Source: Gammaproteobacteria bacterium (lineage in GTDB: Bacteria > Pseudomonadota > Gammaproteobacteria > JAADHQ01). Taken from it: a stretch of DNA of 46,503 nt. The notes beneath the pieces were generated by a model. The model did no database searches. It was not told where the DNA came from and worked only from the letters and a program-made list of their open reading frames with translations. Location: positions 1 through 46,503 of the forward strand of contig JAADHQ010000040.1 of assembly GCA_013151795.1 (NCBI GenBank). Reading direction: 5' to 3'. Shown here piece after piece: positions 17,360-28,323 of the stretch. Position 1 is the first letter of the stretch. Each line of letters starts with the position of its first letter. Both the position numbers and the translations under genes were made by a program.

Positions 17360-18391
17360 TTGATAAAACCTGAATACACGATAGCTATTGATGCTATGAG
17401 CGGCGATTTTGGCCCTGAAATAGTGTTGCCTGCTGCTATTCAATTCATAAAGAAACGTAAAGAAGTTGTACTGATTCTTGTCGGCCAGGAGGAAGAACTC
17501 CGCCCACGTTTAAAAGCCCTGGGTGTGTCAGAGAATGATAATCTGCGCATTCATCATGCTTCTCAAATTGTCGAGATGGATGAAACACCTTCCAAAGCCA
17601 TGCGTGGAAAAAAAGACTCGTCCATGCGGATAGCACTTAACCTGGTAAAAGAAGGAACAGCCGATGCCTGTGTCAGTGCAGGAAACACAGGCGCGCTGAT
17701 GGCGACTGCCCGTTATGTACTGAAAACATTAACCGGCATTGATCGCCCTGCTATTATTTCCAGCTTACCTGCTATCAAAGGACATTCTCATGTACTTGAT
17801 CTGGGAGCAAATATTGATTGTACCTCTGATCAGCTTTTTCAGTTTGCGGTGATGGGTTCTGTGTTGGCAAGTGCAATTGATAACATAGAATCACCACGGG
17901 TAGGATTACTGAATATTGGTGAAGAGGAAATAAAAGGCAATGACAAAATCAAGGTTGCAGCACAATTATTGACTGCAAGTGATTTAAATTACATTGGCTT
18001 TGTTGAAGGTAATGATATTTATACAGGCAATGTTGATGTTGTAGTCTGTGACGGTTTTATTGGCAATGTTGCATTAAAGGCCAGCGAAGGTCTGGCAAAA
18101 ATGATCAGCCATTACATGAAACTTGAATTCACGAAAAATATTTTTACTCGCCTGGCCGGCCTTGTTGCCATGCCAGTACTAAAAGCATTCCGGAAAAGAA
18201 TTGACCCGGGAAATTACAATGGTGCAAGCCTGGTTGGATTGCGCGGCATTGTTATTAAAAGCCATGGCGGGGCAGATGCGAAGGCATTTACAAATGCAAT
18301 TAATATAGCACTCATTGAAATAGACAAAGCTGTCCCTCAAAGGATCAGTTCCAATCTTGAATTATTGCTGTCAGAGAGGCAAGCCGATTGA
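17360..18391 (+). CDS. plsX: Phosphate acyltransferase PlsX
   Basis: The motifs [12 protein letters not shown] and SAGNTGA are present, and the synteny fits. The apparent start codon is TTG. Confidence 0.9.
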   Translation: MIKPEYTIAIDAMSGDFGPEIVLPAAIQFIKKRKEVVLILVGQEEELRPRLKALGVSENDNLRIHHASQIVEMDETPSKAMRGKKDSSMRIALNLVKEGTADACVSAGNTGALMATARYVLKTLTGIDRPAIISSLPAIKGHSHVLDLGANIDCTSDQLFQFAVMGSVLASAIDNIESPRVGLLNIGEEEIKGNDKIKVAAQLLTASDLNYIGFVEGNDIYTGNVDVVVCDGFIGNVALKASEGLAKMISHYMKLEFTKNIFTRLAGLVAMPVLKAFRKRIDPGNYNGASLVGLRGIVIKSHGGADAKAFTNAINIALIEIDKAVPQRISSNLELLLSERQAD

Positions 18392-19344
18392 GTTACGCAA
18401 GAATAATGGGCACAGGTAGTTATCTGCCTGAAAATGTTGTTAGTAATGTTGATCTTGAAAAGACGGTAGATACCAGTGATCAATGGATTCAGGAACGAAC
18501 CGGTATCAAGAAAAGGCATATTGCGGCAAAAGGTGAAACAACATGTGATCTGGCAGAAAAAGCATCACGCAATGCGATGGATGCAGCCGGGTTAACTGCT
18601 GATGATATCGACATGGTGATTGTTGCAACCACCACACCAGACCGTGTTTTTCCGAGTACCGCCTGCTTATTACAGCAACGGCTAGGCATATCGAGTGGCG
18701 CTGCGTTTGATGTTCAAGCTGTGTGTACCGGTTTTGTTTATGCAATGGGCATTGCTGAAAAATTTATTATTACTGGTTCAGCTAAAAACGTACTGGTTGT
18801 GGGTGCAGAAACCTTGTCGCGCATTGTTGACTGGACAGACAGGTCAACCTGCATATTATTTGGAGATGGTGCAGGTGCAGTAGTGTTAGGCGCGAGTGAT
18901 GAACAAGGTATTTTGTCAACGCACTTGCATGCCGATGGAAAATACGAAAGTCTGCTAACAGTTCCGGCCGGTATTTCACAGGGGTTCGATAACCCTGCCT
19001 ACATTGAAATGAAGGGTAACGAAGTGTTCAAGATGGCGGTTAATACACTCGGCCGTATTGTTGATGAAACACTTGCAGCGAATAACATGGAAAAATCTGA
19101 TATTGACTGGTTGATTCCACATCAGGCGAATATTCGCATCATTAATGCAACGGCAAAGAAACTCAAGATGTCCAGTGAGCATGTTGTCGTAACGGTTGCA
19201 GAACATGGTAATACATCTGCAGCCTCTGTTCCGTTGGCACTTGATACGGCTGTTCGTGATGGACGCATAAAACGTGGTGAAGTTTTACTTCTTGAAGCCT
19301 TTGGTGGTGGTTTTACCTGGGGTTCGGTTCTTGTTAAATATTAA
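18388..19344 (+). CDS. fabH: 3-oxoacyl-ACP synthase III
   Basis: The N-terminus [15 protein letters not shown], the active-site sequence AVCTGF, and HQAN and GNTSAAS are present. The TTG start overlaps the plsX stop. Confidence 0.9.
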   Translation: MSYARIMGTGSYLPENVVSNVDLEKTVDTSDQWIQERTGIKKRHIAAKGETTCDLAEKASRNAMDAAGLTADDIDMVIVATTTPDRVFPSTACLLQQRLGISSGAAFDVQAVCTGFVYAMGIAEKFIITGSAKNVLVVGAETLSRIVDWTDRSTCILFGDGAGAVVLGASDEQGILSTHLHADGKYESLLTVPAGISQGFDNPAYIEMKGNEVFKMAVNTLGRIVDETLAANNMEKSDIDWLIPHQANIRIINATAKKLKMSSEHVVVTVAEHGNTSAASVPLALDTAVRDGRIKRGEVLLLEAFGGGFTWGSVLVKY

Positions 19345-19357
19345 TTGAGATTATGAA

Positions 19358-20284
19358 ATGTCATTAGCTATTGTTTTTCCAGGTCAGGGTTCGCAATCTA
19401 TCGGAATGTTGAAATCATTCTATGATGAGTATGAAGTTGCGCGACAAACTTTTCAGGAAGCATCAGATGCGCTGGGTTATGACTTATGGAAACTGGTTTC
19501 AGAAGGAACCGCAGAAGAATTAAATCAAACTGAAATTACGCAACCAGCAATGCTGACAGCCGGTGTGGTTTGCTGGCGAATCTGGAATGAAAATAATGGT
19601 GCAAAACCGGTTATTCTGGCAGGGCATAGTCTTGGTGAATATACGGCGCTGGTTTGTGCAGGTTCACTGGATTTTAAAGATGCCGTCAGACTGGTCGCAG
19701 AACGTGGCAAATTAATGCAAGCATCTGTACCGGATGGTGAAGGTGCAATGGCCGCTATTTTAGGCTTGGATGATGAAAGTGTTGTTAGTGCCTGTGCCGC
19801 CGCCTCGGATAATGAAGTGGTGGAGGCCGTTAATTTTAATTCACCCGGGCAAGTTGTTATTGCCGGACAACGTACAGCGGTGTTACGCGCAATCGACAAG
19901 TTGAAAGAGACTGGCGCTAAAAGAGCATTGATGTTACCAGTTAGTGTACCTTCGCATTGTCAGTTAATGGTGCCTGCAGCAGAAAAATTATTTACTAGCT
20001 TATCGACTATTACATTTAACGTACCGGCAATACCGGTCATTCATAATGTTGATGTTATTGTGCATGACAATGCAGATGAGATTCGTCAGGTATTAAAACA
20101 GCAACTATATAACCCTGTTCGATGGGTTGATACGATTGAGTCCATGAAAGAACAAGGCGTTGATACTATTATTGAATGTGGCCCTGGAAAAGTTTTAACG
20201 GGATTATGCAAACGGATTGATAAAAGTATAAAAGGCCAGGCAGTATTTGATACGGATTCACTGGCTAGCGCTCTGGAAGGTTAA
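19358..20284 (+). CDS. fabD: Malonyl-CoA:ACP transacylase
   Basis: The motifs FPGQGSQ and GHSLGEY are present. Confidence 0.9.
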   Translation: MSLAIVFPGQGSQSIGMLKSFYDEYEVARQTFQEASDALGYDLWKLVSEGTAEELNQTEITQPAMLTAGVVCWRIWNENNGAKPVILAGHSLGEYTALVCAGSLDFKDAVRLVAERGKLMQASVPDGEGAMAAILGLDDESVVSACAAASDNEVVEAVNFNSPGQVVIAGQRTAVLRAIDKLKETGAKRALMLPVSVPSHCQLMVPAAEKLFTSLSTITFNVPAIPVIHNVDVIVHDNADEIRQVLKQQLYNPVRWVDTIESMKEQGVDTIIECGPGKVLTGLCKRIDKSIKGQAVFDTDSLASALEG

Positions 20285-20290
20285 GAACTT

Positions 20291-21046
20291 ATGAATACAA
20301 CAATGGAACTAGAAGGTGAGATCGCGCTTGTAACAGGTGCGAGTCGCGGTATTGGCAAAGCGATTGCAGAAGCGCTTGGAAGTCGTGGTGCTATCGTGAT
20401 TGGCACAGCGACCAGTGAAGCCGGGGCAGATTCCATCACGCAGTATCTTGAAGCGGCTGGAATTAATGGCAAAGGTCTGGCATTGGATGTTACTCAGGCC
20501 GATAGTATAAAAGTAACGTTGGATACTATCTCAAAAGAATATGGCGCTCCTGGCATATTAATTAACAACGCAGGCATCACTCGCGATAACTTGTTAATGC
20601 GCATGAAAGAAGAAGAGTGGGACTCAATAATCAATACGAACCTGACTTCAATATACCGACTAAGTAAAGCTTGCATGAGAGCAATGATGAAAGCCCGAAA
20701 AGGCAGAATTATCAGCATTTCATCTGTTGTTGGTGTTTCAGGGAATGCAGGACAAACAAACTATGCAGCAGCCAAGGCAGGAATGATTGGTTTTAGCAAG
20801 TCGCTGGCTCGCGAAATTGGCTCAAGAGGTGTGACCGTTAATATAGTCGCCCCTGGTTTTATCGATACAGACATGACGCGGGATCTACCCGAAGAGCAGA
20901 AAAATACATTGCTTAATCAGATTCCGTTGGGCCGTTTGGGGGCCGTAAACGAGATAGCTTCAGCGGTTGCATTTCTGGCTTCACCGTCTGCTGGCTACAT
21001 TACAGGCGAAACAATTCACGTGAATGGCGGCATGTATATGAATTAA
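20291..21046 (+). CDS. fabG: 3-oxoacyl-ACP reductase
   Basis: It is an SDR with TGASRGIG, NAG and the YAAAK catalytic motif. Confidence 0.9.
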   Translation: MNTTMELEGEIALVTGASRGIGKAIAEALGSRGAIVIGTATSEAGADSITQYLEAAGINGKGLALDVTQADSIKVTLDTISKEYGAPGILINNAGITRDNLLMRMKEEEWDSIINTNLTSIYRLSKACMRAMMKARKGRIISISSVVGVSGNAGQTNYAAAKAGMIGFSKSLAREIGSRGVTVNIVAPGFIDTDMTRDLPEEQKNTLLNQIPLGRLGAVNEIASAVAFLASPSAGYITGETIHVNGGMYMN

Positions 21047-21253
21047 CAGGGTTTTATACATCATGTTAATTTAATGTTATTTATTGGAAAGTTATATATC
21101 TAGTTGTTTATAATAAATATTTGCTGTTTATTATGGATGAAAAACGACTATAAAAAATGTGTTTATTAAGCTGGTATATTGGTGCTGATTTAACTAAAAT
21201 ACCCGCCGAAAGATAAAAAGAATGTTATCTGAATAAATTAGAGGAAGTTAAAC

Positions 21254-21487
21254 ATGAGTACAGTTGAAGAACGCGTTAAAAAGATTATCGTTGAACAACT
21301 AGGTGTCAATGAGGATCAAGTTGTAAACGCTGCATCTTTTGTAGATGATCTTGGTGCTGATTCCCTGGATACTGTTGAGCTTGTAATGGCTCTGGAAGAA
21401 GAGTTCGAGTGTGAAATTCCAGATGAAGAATCTGCCAATATAACAACCGTCCAACTCGCTATTGATTACGTAAATAACAATACCTGA
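21254..21487 (+). CDS. acpP: Acyl carrier protein
   Basis: The phosphopantetheine attachment site [13 protein letters not shown] is present, and the protein is 77 aa. Confidence 0.95.
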   Translation: MSTVEERVKKIIVEQLGVNEDQVVNAASFVDDLGADSLDTVELVMALEEEFECEIPDEESANITTVQLAIDYVNNNT

Positions 21488-21497
21488 TTAATAAAAT

Positions 21498-21541
21498 CTG
21501 TAGCGCGCCTGAATACCAGGTGAACTACAGGTTTTATTTTT
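21498..21541 (+). terminator. Rho-independent terminator/attenuator after acpP
   Basis: The outer stem pairs CTGTAG (21498-21503) with CTACAG (21525-21530). The inner stem pairs CCTG with CAGG. The structure is followed by TTTTATTTTT. Confidence 0.5.
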
Positions 21542-21557
21542 CCAAGAGGAATCGATT

Positions 21558-22796
21558 TTGTCTAAAAGGCGTGTAGTAGTTACAGGGCTGGGAATCATTT
21601 CACCTGTTGGTCTTTCCGTTGCAGATGCGTGGGATAATATCCTGGCGGGTAAAAGCGGTATTTCACCTATAACAGATTTTGATGTAAGTGAATTTTCTGC
21701 ACGGTTTGGTGGACGTATTACCGGGTTTGACGCGAAAGACTATATCAAGCCCAAAGACATCAAGAAGATGGATCCTTTTATTCACTATGGTATTGCTGCT
21801 GGCTGCCAGGCTATCGAAGATTCAGGTATAGAAGTTACCGAAGAAAACGCACATCGAATTGGCGTTGCTATTGGTTCGGGTATCGGCGGTATTGCCTCAA
21901 TCGAAAAAAATCATAACCTGTTCCTGAAAGGCGGACCTCGAAAAATATCCCCGTTTTTCGTTCCTCAAAGCATCATTAATATGATATCGGGAAACCTTTC
22001 TATTCAATACGGGTTTAAAGGCCCTAATTACGCCATTGTTACCGCCTGTACTACGGGTACGCATAATATTGGCTCGGCTGGTCGCATGATTGAATATGGC
22101 GATGCTGATGTGATGATTGTAGGTGGCGCTGAAATGGCAACTACGCCTACGAGCCTTGGTGGTTTTGCTGCTGCACGTGCCTTGTCTACCAGAAATGATA
22201 ATCCTGAAATCGCAAGCAGGCCCTGGGATAAAGACAGGGATGGTTTCGTGTTGGGTGATGGTGCTGGAGTATTGGTTCTCGAAGAATATGAACATGCCAA
22301 AAAACGTGGCGCAAAGATTTATGCCGAATTAGCCGGCTTTGGAATGAGTGGTGATGCTTTTCACATGACCAACCCTCCGCCAGATGGAGAAGGCGCAAAA
22401 CGTTGTATGCACAATGCCATGAACAATGCAGGCGTCAATATAGATGATATTGACTATATAAATGCACACGGAACTTCAACACCTGCTGGAGACAAGGCAG
22501 AATGCGAGGCAATCAAAGGTGCCTTTGGTGATCATGCCTATAAGGTAGCGACCAGTTCAACTAAATCCATGACGGGTCATTTATTGGGTGCCGCTGGTGG
22601 AGTTGAAGCTATATTCAGTGTGTTGGCTATCAAGGATCAAGTTGCACCACCAACCATAAATATTGACAATCAGGATCCTGAATGTGATCTGGATTTTGTA
22701 CCCAATACTGCACGTGAAATGAAAATAGATATTTGTATTTCTAATTCATTTGGTTTTGGTGGTACCAACGGAACTGTCCTCTTCAAGAAAATCTGA
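21558..22796 (+). CDS. fabF: 3-oxoacyl-ACP synthase II
   Basis: It carries VVVTGLG, the active-site sequence ACTTG, and HGTSTP and GHLLGAAG. It has a TTG start with AAGAGGA upstream. Confidence 0.9.
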   Translation: MSKRRVVVTGLGIISPVGLSVADAWDNILAGKSGISPITDFDVSEFSARFGGRITGFDAKDYIKPKDIKKMDPFIHYGIAAGCQAIEDSGIEVTEENAHRIGVAIGSGIGGIASIEKNHNLFLKGGPRKISPFFVPQSIINMISGNLSIQYGFKGPNYAIVTACTTGTHNIGSAGRMIEYGDADVMIVGGAEMATTPTSLGGFAAARALSTRNDNPEIASRPWDKDRDGFVLGDGAGVLVLEEYEHAKKRGAKIYAELAGFGMSGDAFHMTNPPPDGEGAKRCMHNAMNNAGVNIDDIDYINAHGTSTPAGDKAECEAIKGAFGDHAYKVATSSTKSMTGHLLGAAGGVEAIFSVLAIKDQVAPPTINIDNQDPECDLDFVPNTAREMKIDICISNSFGFGGTNGTVLFKKI

Positions 22797-22852
22797 TACC
22801 CGGCGCCACCAAGCGTTTATCAGCTGCCATGATTGTATCGGAGCATTAGACA

Positions 22853-24214
22853 TTGCTTAGTACACAGTCGCAAAAAATTGACCTTCTTGAATTCCACGAT
22901 CTAAATCCTGATCGCTATCCCTTTTTGCTTGAAAGTGTTGCGAATGGAACAGATCAATCCCGCTATGATATTTTATTTGCCTGCCCGCAGGAAACGCTTA
23001 GATTAACATCTGACGGCAAGCTGCATGGAACAGAATACGTTAATGAGGATGGATTTTTATCCAGTTTTGATGCGTGGTTTAAGGCAGAGTGCATCCAAAC
23101 GGATAATGAATCTTCTCTACCCTTTACTGGCGGCTGGTTTGTATTTCTGGCTTATGAGTTAATTACAGAAATTGAAACAAACCTTGAATTACCAATAGCA
23201 GAAGAAGTGGAGACGGTTGCCTATGCAGTAAGATGCCCCGCAGCAATTATTATTGACCATGACAACAATACAACTAATTTATTTTCAGAAGATCATTATT
23301 CAGAATTAATGCCTGATTTGTTAGCTGATTACAATCAGCTCTGTGAAAATAACAAATGTTCTGAAATAGAGGAAGTAAATTTACTCGGTATCAAGGAAGA
23401 ACCGGGTGAGCAATATTGTCAGGCCGTAGATACGATAAGAGATTATATAATTGAAGGTGATGTATTCCAGGTTAATTTATCAAGACAATGGGTGGCTGAC
23501 ATTGATGAAAAAGTTTCAGCCACTGATTTGTATGCGAACCTGAGAATTAATAATTCAGCCCCTTTTTCCGGGCTTGTGTGTTTGCCAGATGCAACTATTA
23601 TTAGCTCGTCGCCTGAGCGTTTGGTGTATGTGCATAATCATGAAATAGAAAGCAGGCCCATTGCAGGTACACGCCCACGTTCTACTAATGCAGAAGAAGA
23701 TAGCCGTTTATCGGCAGAGTTATTGTCGCACCCTAAAGAGCAGGCAGAGCATATAATGTTAATTGACCTGGAGCGTAATGACCTTGGCCGTGTCTGCATA
23801 CCGGGTACGATTTACGTTGATGAACTCATGACGCTTGAATCTTATGCGCACGTTCATCATATCGTTTCAAATATTAAAGGTAAGTTGAGGGAAAATGTTA
23901 CCCCGTCAGATATTATTCGGGCTGTTTTCCCTGGCGGCACTATTACGGGGTGTCCCAAGGTGCGCTGTATGGAAATTATTGCTGAACTTGAAAAAACGCC
24001 AAGAGGTGTCTATACAGGCTCTATAGGTTATATTAACCTTGATGGTTCAATGGATCTGAATATATTGATTCGAACATTACAAATGCAAGATCACAAGATA
24101 ACATTCAGGACAGGGGCAGGTATTGTTTATGACTCTGATGCTGAAAATGAATTGAATGAAACAAGAGATAAGGCACGCGGTTTATTACGTGCGCTTTCAA
24201 TTAATGATGCGTAA
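22853..24214 (+). CDS. pabB: Aminodeoxychorismate synthase component I
   Basis: It belongs to the chorismate-binding family (SSSPERL, PGGTITGCPK). It is directly followed by pabC. The apparent start codon is TTG. Confidence 0.75.
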   Translation: MLSTQSQKIDLLEFHDLNPDRYPFLLESVANGTDQSRYDILFACPQETLRLTSDGKLHGTEYVNEDGFLSSFDAWFKAECIQTDNESSLPFTGGWFVFLAYELITEIETNLELPIAEEVETVAYAVRCPAAIIIDHDNNTTNLFSEDHYSELMPDLLADYNQLCENNKCSEIEEVNLLGIKEEPGEQYCQAVDTIRDYIIEGDVFQVNLSRQWVADIDEKVSATDLYANLRINNSAPFSGLVCLPDATIISSSPERLVYVHNHEIESRPIAGTRPRSTNAEEDSRLSAELLSHPKEQAEHIMLIDLERNDLGRVCIPGTIYVDELMTLESYAHVHHIVSNIKGKLRENVTPSDIIRAVFPGGTITGCPKVRCMEIIAELEKTPRGVYTGSIGYINLDGSMDLNILIRTLQMQDHKITFRTGAGIVYDSDAENELNETRDKARGLLRALSINDA

Positions 24215-25030
24215 ATGAAAATGCTGTTGGTAAATGGTGAAGAAAAATTATATATAGATGCTAACGATAGAGGGCTGGCTTATGGTGATGGTTTGTTTGA
24301 AACCATCGAGATCAATTTATCGCGACCCGTTTATTGGGAACAACATATTAATCGTTTGAATCATGGCTGTGATATTCTGGGCATTGCCTGTCCGGATGAG
24401 CCATTATTATTACAGGAATGCCTGCAGTTGGCACTGGGTATTAATAAAGGTATCGTAAAAATAATAATAACCAGGGGTTCTGCCGGGCGTGGGTATCGAC
24501 CTGCTCATGATTCAAAAATCAGTAGGATATTATCGTTGCATGAATGGCCTGATATTCCAGAAAATTACTATCTGAAAGGAATTCGGTTATATGCCTGTGA
24601 AACACCGGTATCTATTAATACCAAGCTTGCCGGTATAAAAACACTTTGTCGTCTTGATCAGGTATTGGCACAATCAGAATGGAATGAAAATGATTACGCC
24701 GAAGGTTTGATGCTAGACGCAAATAAGTTGGTGATAGAAGGAACAAAAACAAATATTTTTATTGTCAGGGGAGGGCAATTAAAAACCCCTTTGTTAAATC
24801 ATGCTGGTATAAAAGGTATTATGCGCGATATTGTTATTGCAGCGGCAGACTATCTGGACATGCCTGTTATTGAAACTGAAATAACATGTACGGATCTGGA
24901 AGAAGCAGATGAAATATTTGTTTGTAATAGTATTATAAAGATATGGCCCGTTAATGCGTACAGGGATCAGCAATACGTTATTGGTGATATTACCCGTAAC
25001 ATCATGTTCAGGATTGACCAAATACAATAA
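24215..25030 (+). CDS. pabC: Aminodeoxychorismate lyase (class IV aminotransferase fold)
   Basis: It has DRGLAYGDGLFET, is 271 aa, and lies between pabB and mltG. Confidence 0.75.
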   Translation: MKMLLVNGEEKLYIDANDRGLAYGDGLFETIEINLSRPVYWEQHINRLNHGCDILGIACPDEPLLLQECLQLALGINKGIVKIIITRGSAGRGYRPAHDSKISRILSLHEWPDIPENYYLKGIRLYACETPVSINTKLAGIKTLCRLDQVLAQSEWNENDYAEGLMLDANKLVIEGTKTNIFIVRGGQLKTPLLNHAGIKGIMRDIVIAAADYLDMPVIETEITCTDLEEADEIFVCNSIIKIWPVNAYRDQQYVIGDITRNIMFRIDQIQ

Positions 25031-26107
25031 TGAATAACTTATTTAAAGGCATTGTGAAAAACAAATGGTATCTGTTTATGATTATCATCGGTATTTTGAT
25101 AATCATTAAAGGTGTATACACTTATTCGCAATATAAAGACTTTCTGCAGACACCGCTAATAATTAATGGCGCTTCTATTGAATACAAGATAAAGCCCGGT
25201 GTCAGTATGCGGAAAATAGCCAAGGACCTTACCCGTGAAGGTTTACTGGAACACCCCACCTATCTTATTGTTCGCGCACGTATGCGTAAACTGGCGCAGT
25301 CTATTAAAGTGGGTGAATACGTTATCAGGCAGGGCACTTTTCCCGATGAGTTACTGGATCAGTTTGTTAAGGGTAAGGTAAAACAGTATGCCTTGACTAT
25401 TATTGAAGGCTGGAACTTCAGAGAAGTAATGAAGGCGGTTAATAAACATCCTGATTTACGACACACCCTTGCAGGCAAGACTGATGCTGAAATTATGAAA
25501 GCAATAGGTTATGAAGGCATGCATCCCGAGGGGCGTTTTTACCCTGATACATATCGATTCCCTGCGATGACAACCGATGTCGAGTTTTTAAAACGCGCAT
25601 ACAGGCATATGGAAAAAATACTTGATCAGGCATGGGAAAACAAAGCTGAAAAGTTGCCACTTACTACGCCTTATCAGGCGCTCATTCTTGCATCAATTAT
25701 TGAAAAAGAAACCGGCTCAGAAAAGTGAATACAGGGAAATAGCAGGGGTCTTCACCCGCAGGTTAATTAAAAAGATACGGCTGCAGACAGACCCCACCGT
25801 TATATATGGGCTGGGGGATAAATTTAATGGTAACCTGCGGCGCAAACATTTGCGACGTGATACACCATATAATACTTATACTCGTCGCGGTTTGCCCCCT
25901 ACGCCAATTGCTATGCCGGGTGTTGGTGCTATTAAAGCTGCTTTGAATCCAGCCGATGGCAAAACACTTTATTTTGTTGCCAAAGGAAACGGAAGGCATT
26001 ATTTTTCTAAAACATTAAAAGAACATAATGAAGCTGTGATACGCTATCAACTCAATGGTGACAGAACGCGGGTGTTTTCTTCACGCCCCGTTGCGGATAA
26101 AAAATAG
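25030..26107 (+). pseudogene. mltG: Endolytic murein transglycosylase MltG (YceG) carrying a +1 frameshift in an A4 run; either a pseudogene or a homopolymer sequencing error
   Basis: Two overlapping ORFs (25030-25728 and 25622-26107) together cover MltG. Removing one A at 25721-25724 gives EKETGSESEYREIAGVFTRRL...LQTDPTVIYG. This is colinear, with equal length, with my recollection of E. coli MltG ([21 protein letters not shown]). Confidence 0.8.
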
Positions 26108-26122
26108 GGTTTCTAATAATAA

Positions 26123-26755
26123 ATGACGGGTTTGTTTATAACGCTTGAAGGCTCTGAGGGTGCGGGAAAATCGACGAACCTCAAATATATTTATGATTAT
26201 CTGGTGAGAGTCGGGCATCAGGTGTTACAGACACGTGAGCCGGGCGGTACGCCATTATCCGAGAGTATCCGGGAGTTGTTATTGAGTCATGACTATGATG
26301 GCATGGACTCGGACACCGAGCTTCTGCTTGTCTTTGCGGCCCGTGCCGAGCATCTTAAGAAGGTTATTATTCCTGCCTTAAAAGCTGGGCAAACTGTTTT
26401 GTGTGATCGATTCACCGATGCAACCTATGCCTATCAGGGAGCAGGGCGAGGTATAGATGAACAGCGAATCGCTGATCTGGAAACCTGGGTGCAAGGGAGT
26501 TTGCGGCCGGATCTTACTGTTTTTCTTGATGTGCCGGTAGAAATTGGCATGAAACGCGCTACAAACAGAAGTGCACCTGATCGCTTTGAGAAAGAACAAT
26601 TATCCTTTTTCGATCGCATCAGACAAGGGTATTTGCAGCAAACGTTAAAAGAACCGGATCGTTATCGTGTTATTGATGCAAGCGTTGATCTTGCGGCTGT
26701 GCAAGTGCAAATCAAGTCTGTTCTGGATCAGCTTACAGATAACAATCAACATTAG
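26123..26755 (+). CDS. tmk: Thymidylate kinase
   Basis: The P-loop FITLEGSEGAGKST and the DRF motif are present. Confidence 0.9.
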   Translation: MTGLFITLEGSEGAGKSTNLKYIYDYLVRVGHQVLQTREPGGTPLSESIRELLLSHDYDGMDSDTELLLVFAARAEHLKKVIIPALKAGQTVLCDRFTDATYAYQGAGRGIDEQRIADLETWVQGSLRPDLTVFLDVPVEIGMKRATNRSAPDRFEKEQLSFFDRIRQGYLQQTLKEPDRYRVIDASVDLAAVQVQIKSVLDQLTDNNQH

Positions 26756-26781
26756 AATATTATTGTAATAAATTGAAATAT

Positions 26782-27756
26782 ATGGAAAAATCATATTCAT
26801 GGCAAGACAATCAATGGCGACAGATAATCAGTCGTGCGAAACTGGGTAGCCTGCCTCATTCTTTACTACTTACAGGTTTACCCGGTTTGGGGAAGTTTGA
26901 TTTTGCGGTAGAATTAGCAAATAGCCTCTTTTGTGAGCAACCGGATGAAGAAGGTCACAGTTGCGGCCAATGCAGGATATGCCTGCTTCTGAAAGCAGGT
27001 ACCCATCCTGACTTTCATATCGTATCGCCGGAAGAAAAAAGCAAGGTTATCAAGATCGATCAGATCAGGGATTTTTGCAATGTAATGGCTCATAAATCGC
27101 AACTCGGAGGTTATCGGGTTGCGATTCTCTCACCAGCTGAAAGCATGAACACCAGTGCTGCAAATGCATTGCTTAAAACACTGGAAGAACCGGGTGAGCG
27201 TACGCTAATTATGCTTGTAAGTTCTCAGCCAGGGTATTTACCTGCAACGATAAGAAGTCGGTGCCAGAAAGTTGATTTTGGTTTACCAGATTACAACACG
27301 TCAAAAAATTGGCTTGAAAAACAGGGTGTTACTGGTGATATAAAACTGCTGCTTAATTTATCGCTCAAAACGCCTTTAACTGCATTGGCAACATTTAATG
27401 ATGGTCACTTGCAAGAAAGGGCTGCATTTATTAACGAATTCCTTGGATTAAAGCAAGGTCTTCAGAATCCACTGCAATTGGCCGATAAATGGAATAAGCT
27501 ACAACCAGAACGATGTCTGGCGTGGATGATGAGCTGGATTATGGATCTGATACGTTTGAAATCAGATGATAATACCAGCCATATGATCAATAACGATATG
27601 AAACAGCACTTGCAACCCATTGCCAGACAGTTAGACTTACTTAACTTGTTCTCGTTTCAGGATAAACTGCAAGTTGCGAATAGACAGTTAACAACACAGG
27701 TGAACGGTCAGCTACTTTTGGAAGATTTGTTCATCACATGGATAAAGATAAGGTAA
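26782..27756 (+). CDS. holB: DNA polymerase III delta-prime subunit
   Basis: It has LPHSLLLTGLPGLGK and the Zn module CGQCRIC...HPDF. ATG 26782 is preferred over the tracked TTG at 26773. Confidence 0.8.
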   Translation: MEKSYSWQDNQWRQIISRAKLGSLPHSLLLTGLPGLGKFDFAVELANSLFCEQPDEEGHSCGQCRICLLLKAGTHPDFHIVSPEEKSKVIKIDQIRDFCNVMAHKSQLGGYRVAILSPAESMNTSAANALLKTLEEPGERTLIMLVSSQPGYLPATIRSRCQKVDFGLPDYNTSKNWLEKQGVTGDIKLLLNLSLKTPLTALATFNDGHLQERAAFINEFLGLKQGLQNPLQLADKWNKLQPERCLAWMMSWIMDLIRLKSDDNTSHMINNDMKQHLQPIARQLDLLNLFSFQDKLQVANRQLTTQVNGQLLLEDLFITWIKIR

Positions 27757-27760
27757 AAAC

Positions 27761-28120
27761 ATGATAAAACCTGGTGCTCTGGGTGGAAGACAAGGCATTT
27801 TATCCCTGACAATCAAGGATAAAAGTGCGCTATATGCTGCTTATATGCCATTTGTAAAAAATGGAGGTCTCTTTATTCCAACCAAAAAAGAATACAAGCT
27901 TGGTGATGAAGTTTTTATGTTATTAACCTTGATGGATGAGACAGAAAAGTTACCCGTAGCCGGAATTATTGTATGGGTTACACCAGCAGGAGCACAAAGT
28001 AACAGGGCGCCGGGCATTGGTGTGCAGTTCAGTGATCAGGATGGTGGTGCGGCTAAAAATAAAATTGAAACCTATCTTGCTGGTGCATTAGAGGCAGAAC
28101 GTCCTACACATACAATGTAG
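27761..28120 (+). CDS. pilZ: Type IV pilus assembly protein PilZ
   Basis: The protein is 119 aa. The segment GILSLTIKDKSALYAAYMPFVKNGGLFIPT...IETYLAGAL...RPTHTM closely matches my recollection of Pseudomonas PilZ. The gene lies downstream of holB. Confidence 0.85.
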   Translation: MIKPGALGGRQGILSLTIKDKSALYAAYMPFVKNGGLFIPTKKEYKLGDEVFMLLTLMDETEKLPVAGIIVWVTPAGAQSNRAPGIGVQFSDQDGGAAKNKIETYLAGALEAERPTHTM

Positions 28121-28282
28121 CTTTACCCCGCATTTTCCTCAGGCATTAGATTGCCCAATTTAATATTTCTCTTTTCGATCCTTGTATTCACAAGCTTATT
28201 AGTCATTTATGTTATGTCTGGCCGGGGAGTGAGGGTCACTTATAAAAATCTGTTCGTTTACTATCAATGACTGACTCAATAT

Positions 28283-28303
28283 GAGCCCGGATAATCCGGG
28301 CTC
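28283..28303. terminator. Hairpin between the convergent pilZ and Met-repeat genes (possible bidirectional terminator)
   Basis: GAGCCCGGA-taa-TCCGGGCTC forms a perfect 9-bp stem. There is no clear U-tract. Confidence 0.4.
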
Positions 28304-28323
28304 TGAAACGCTATTAATGATGC

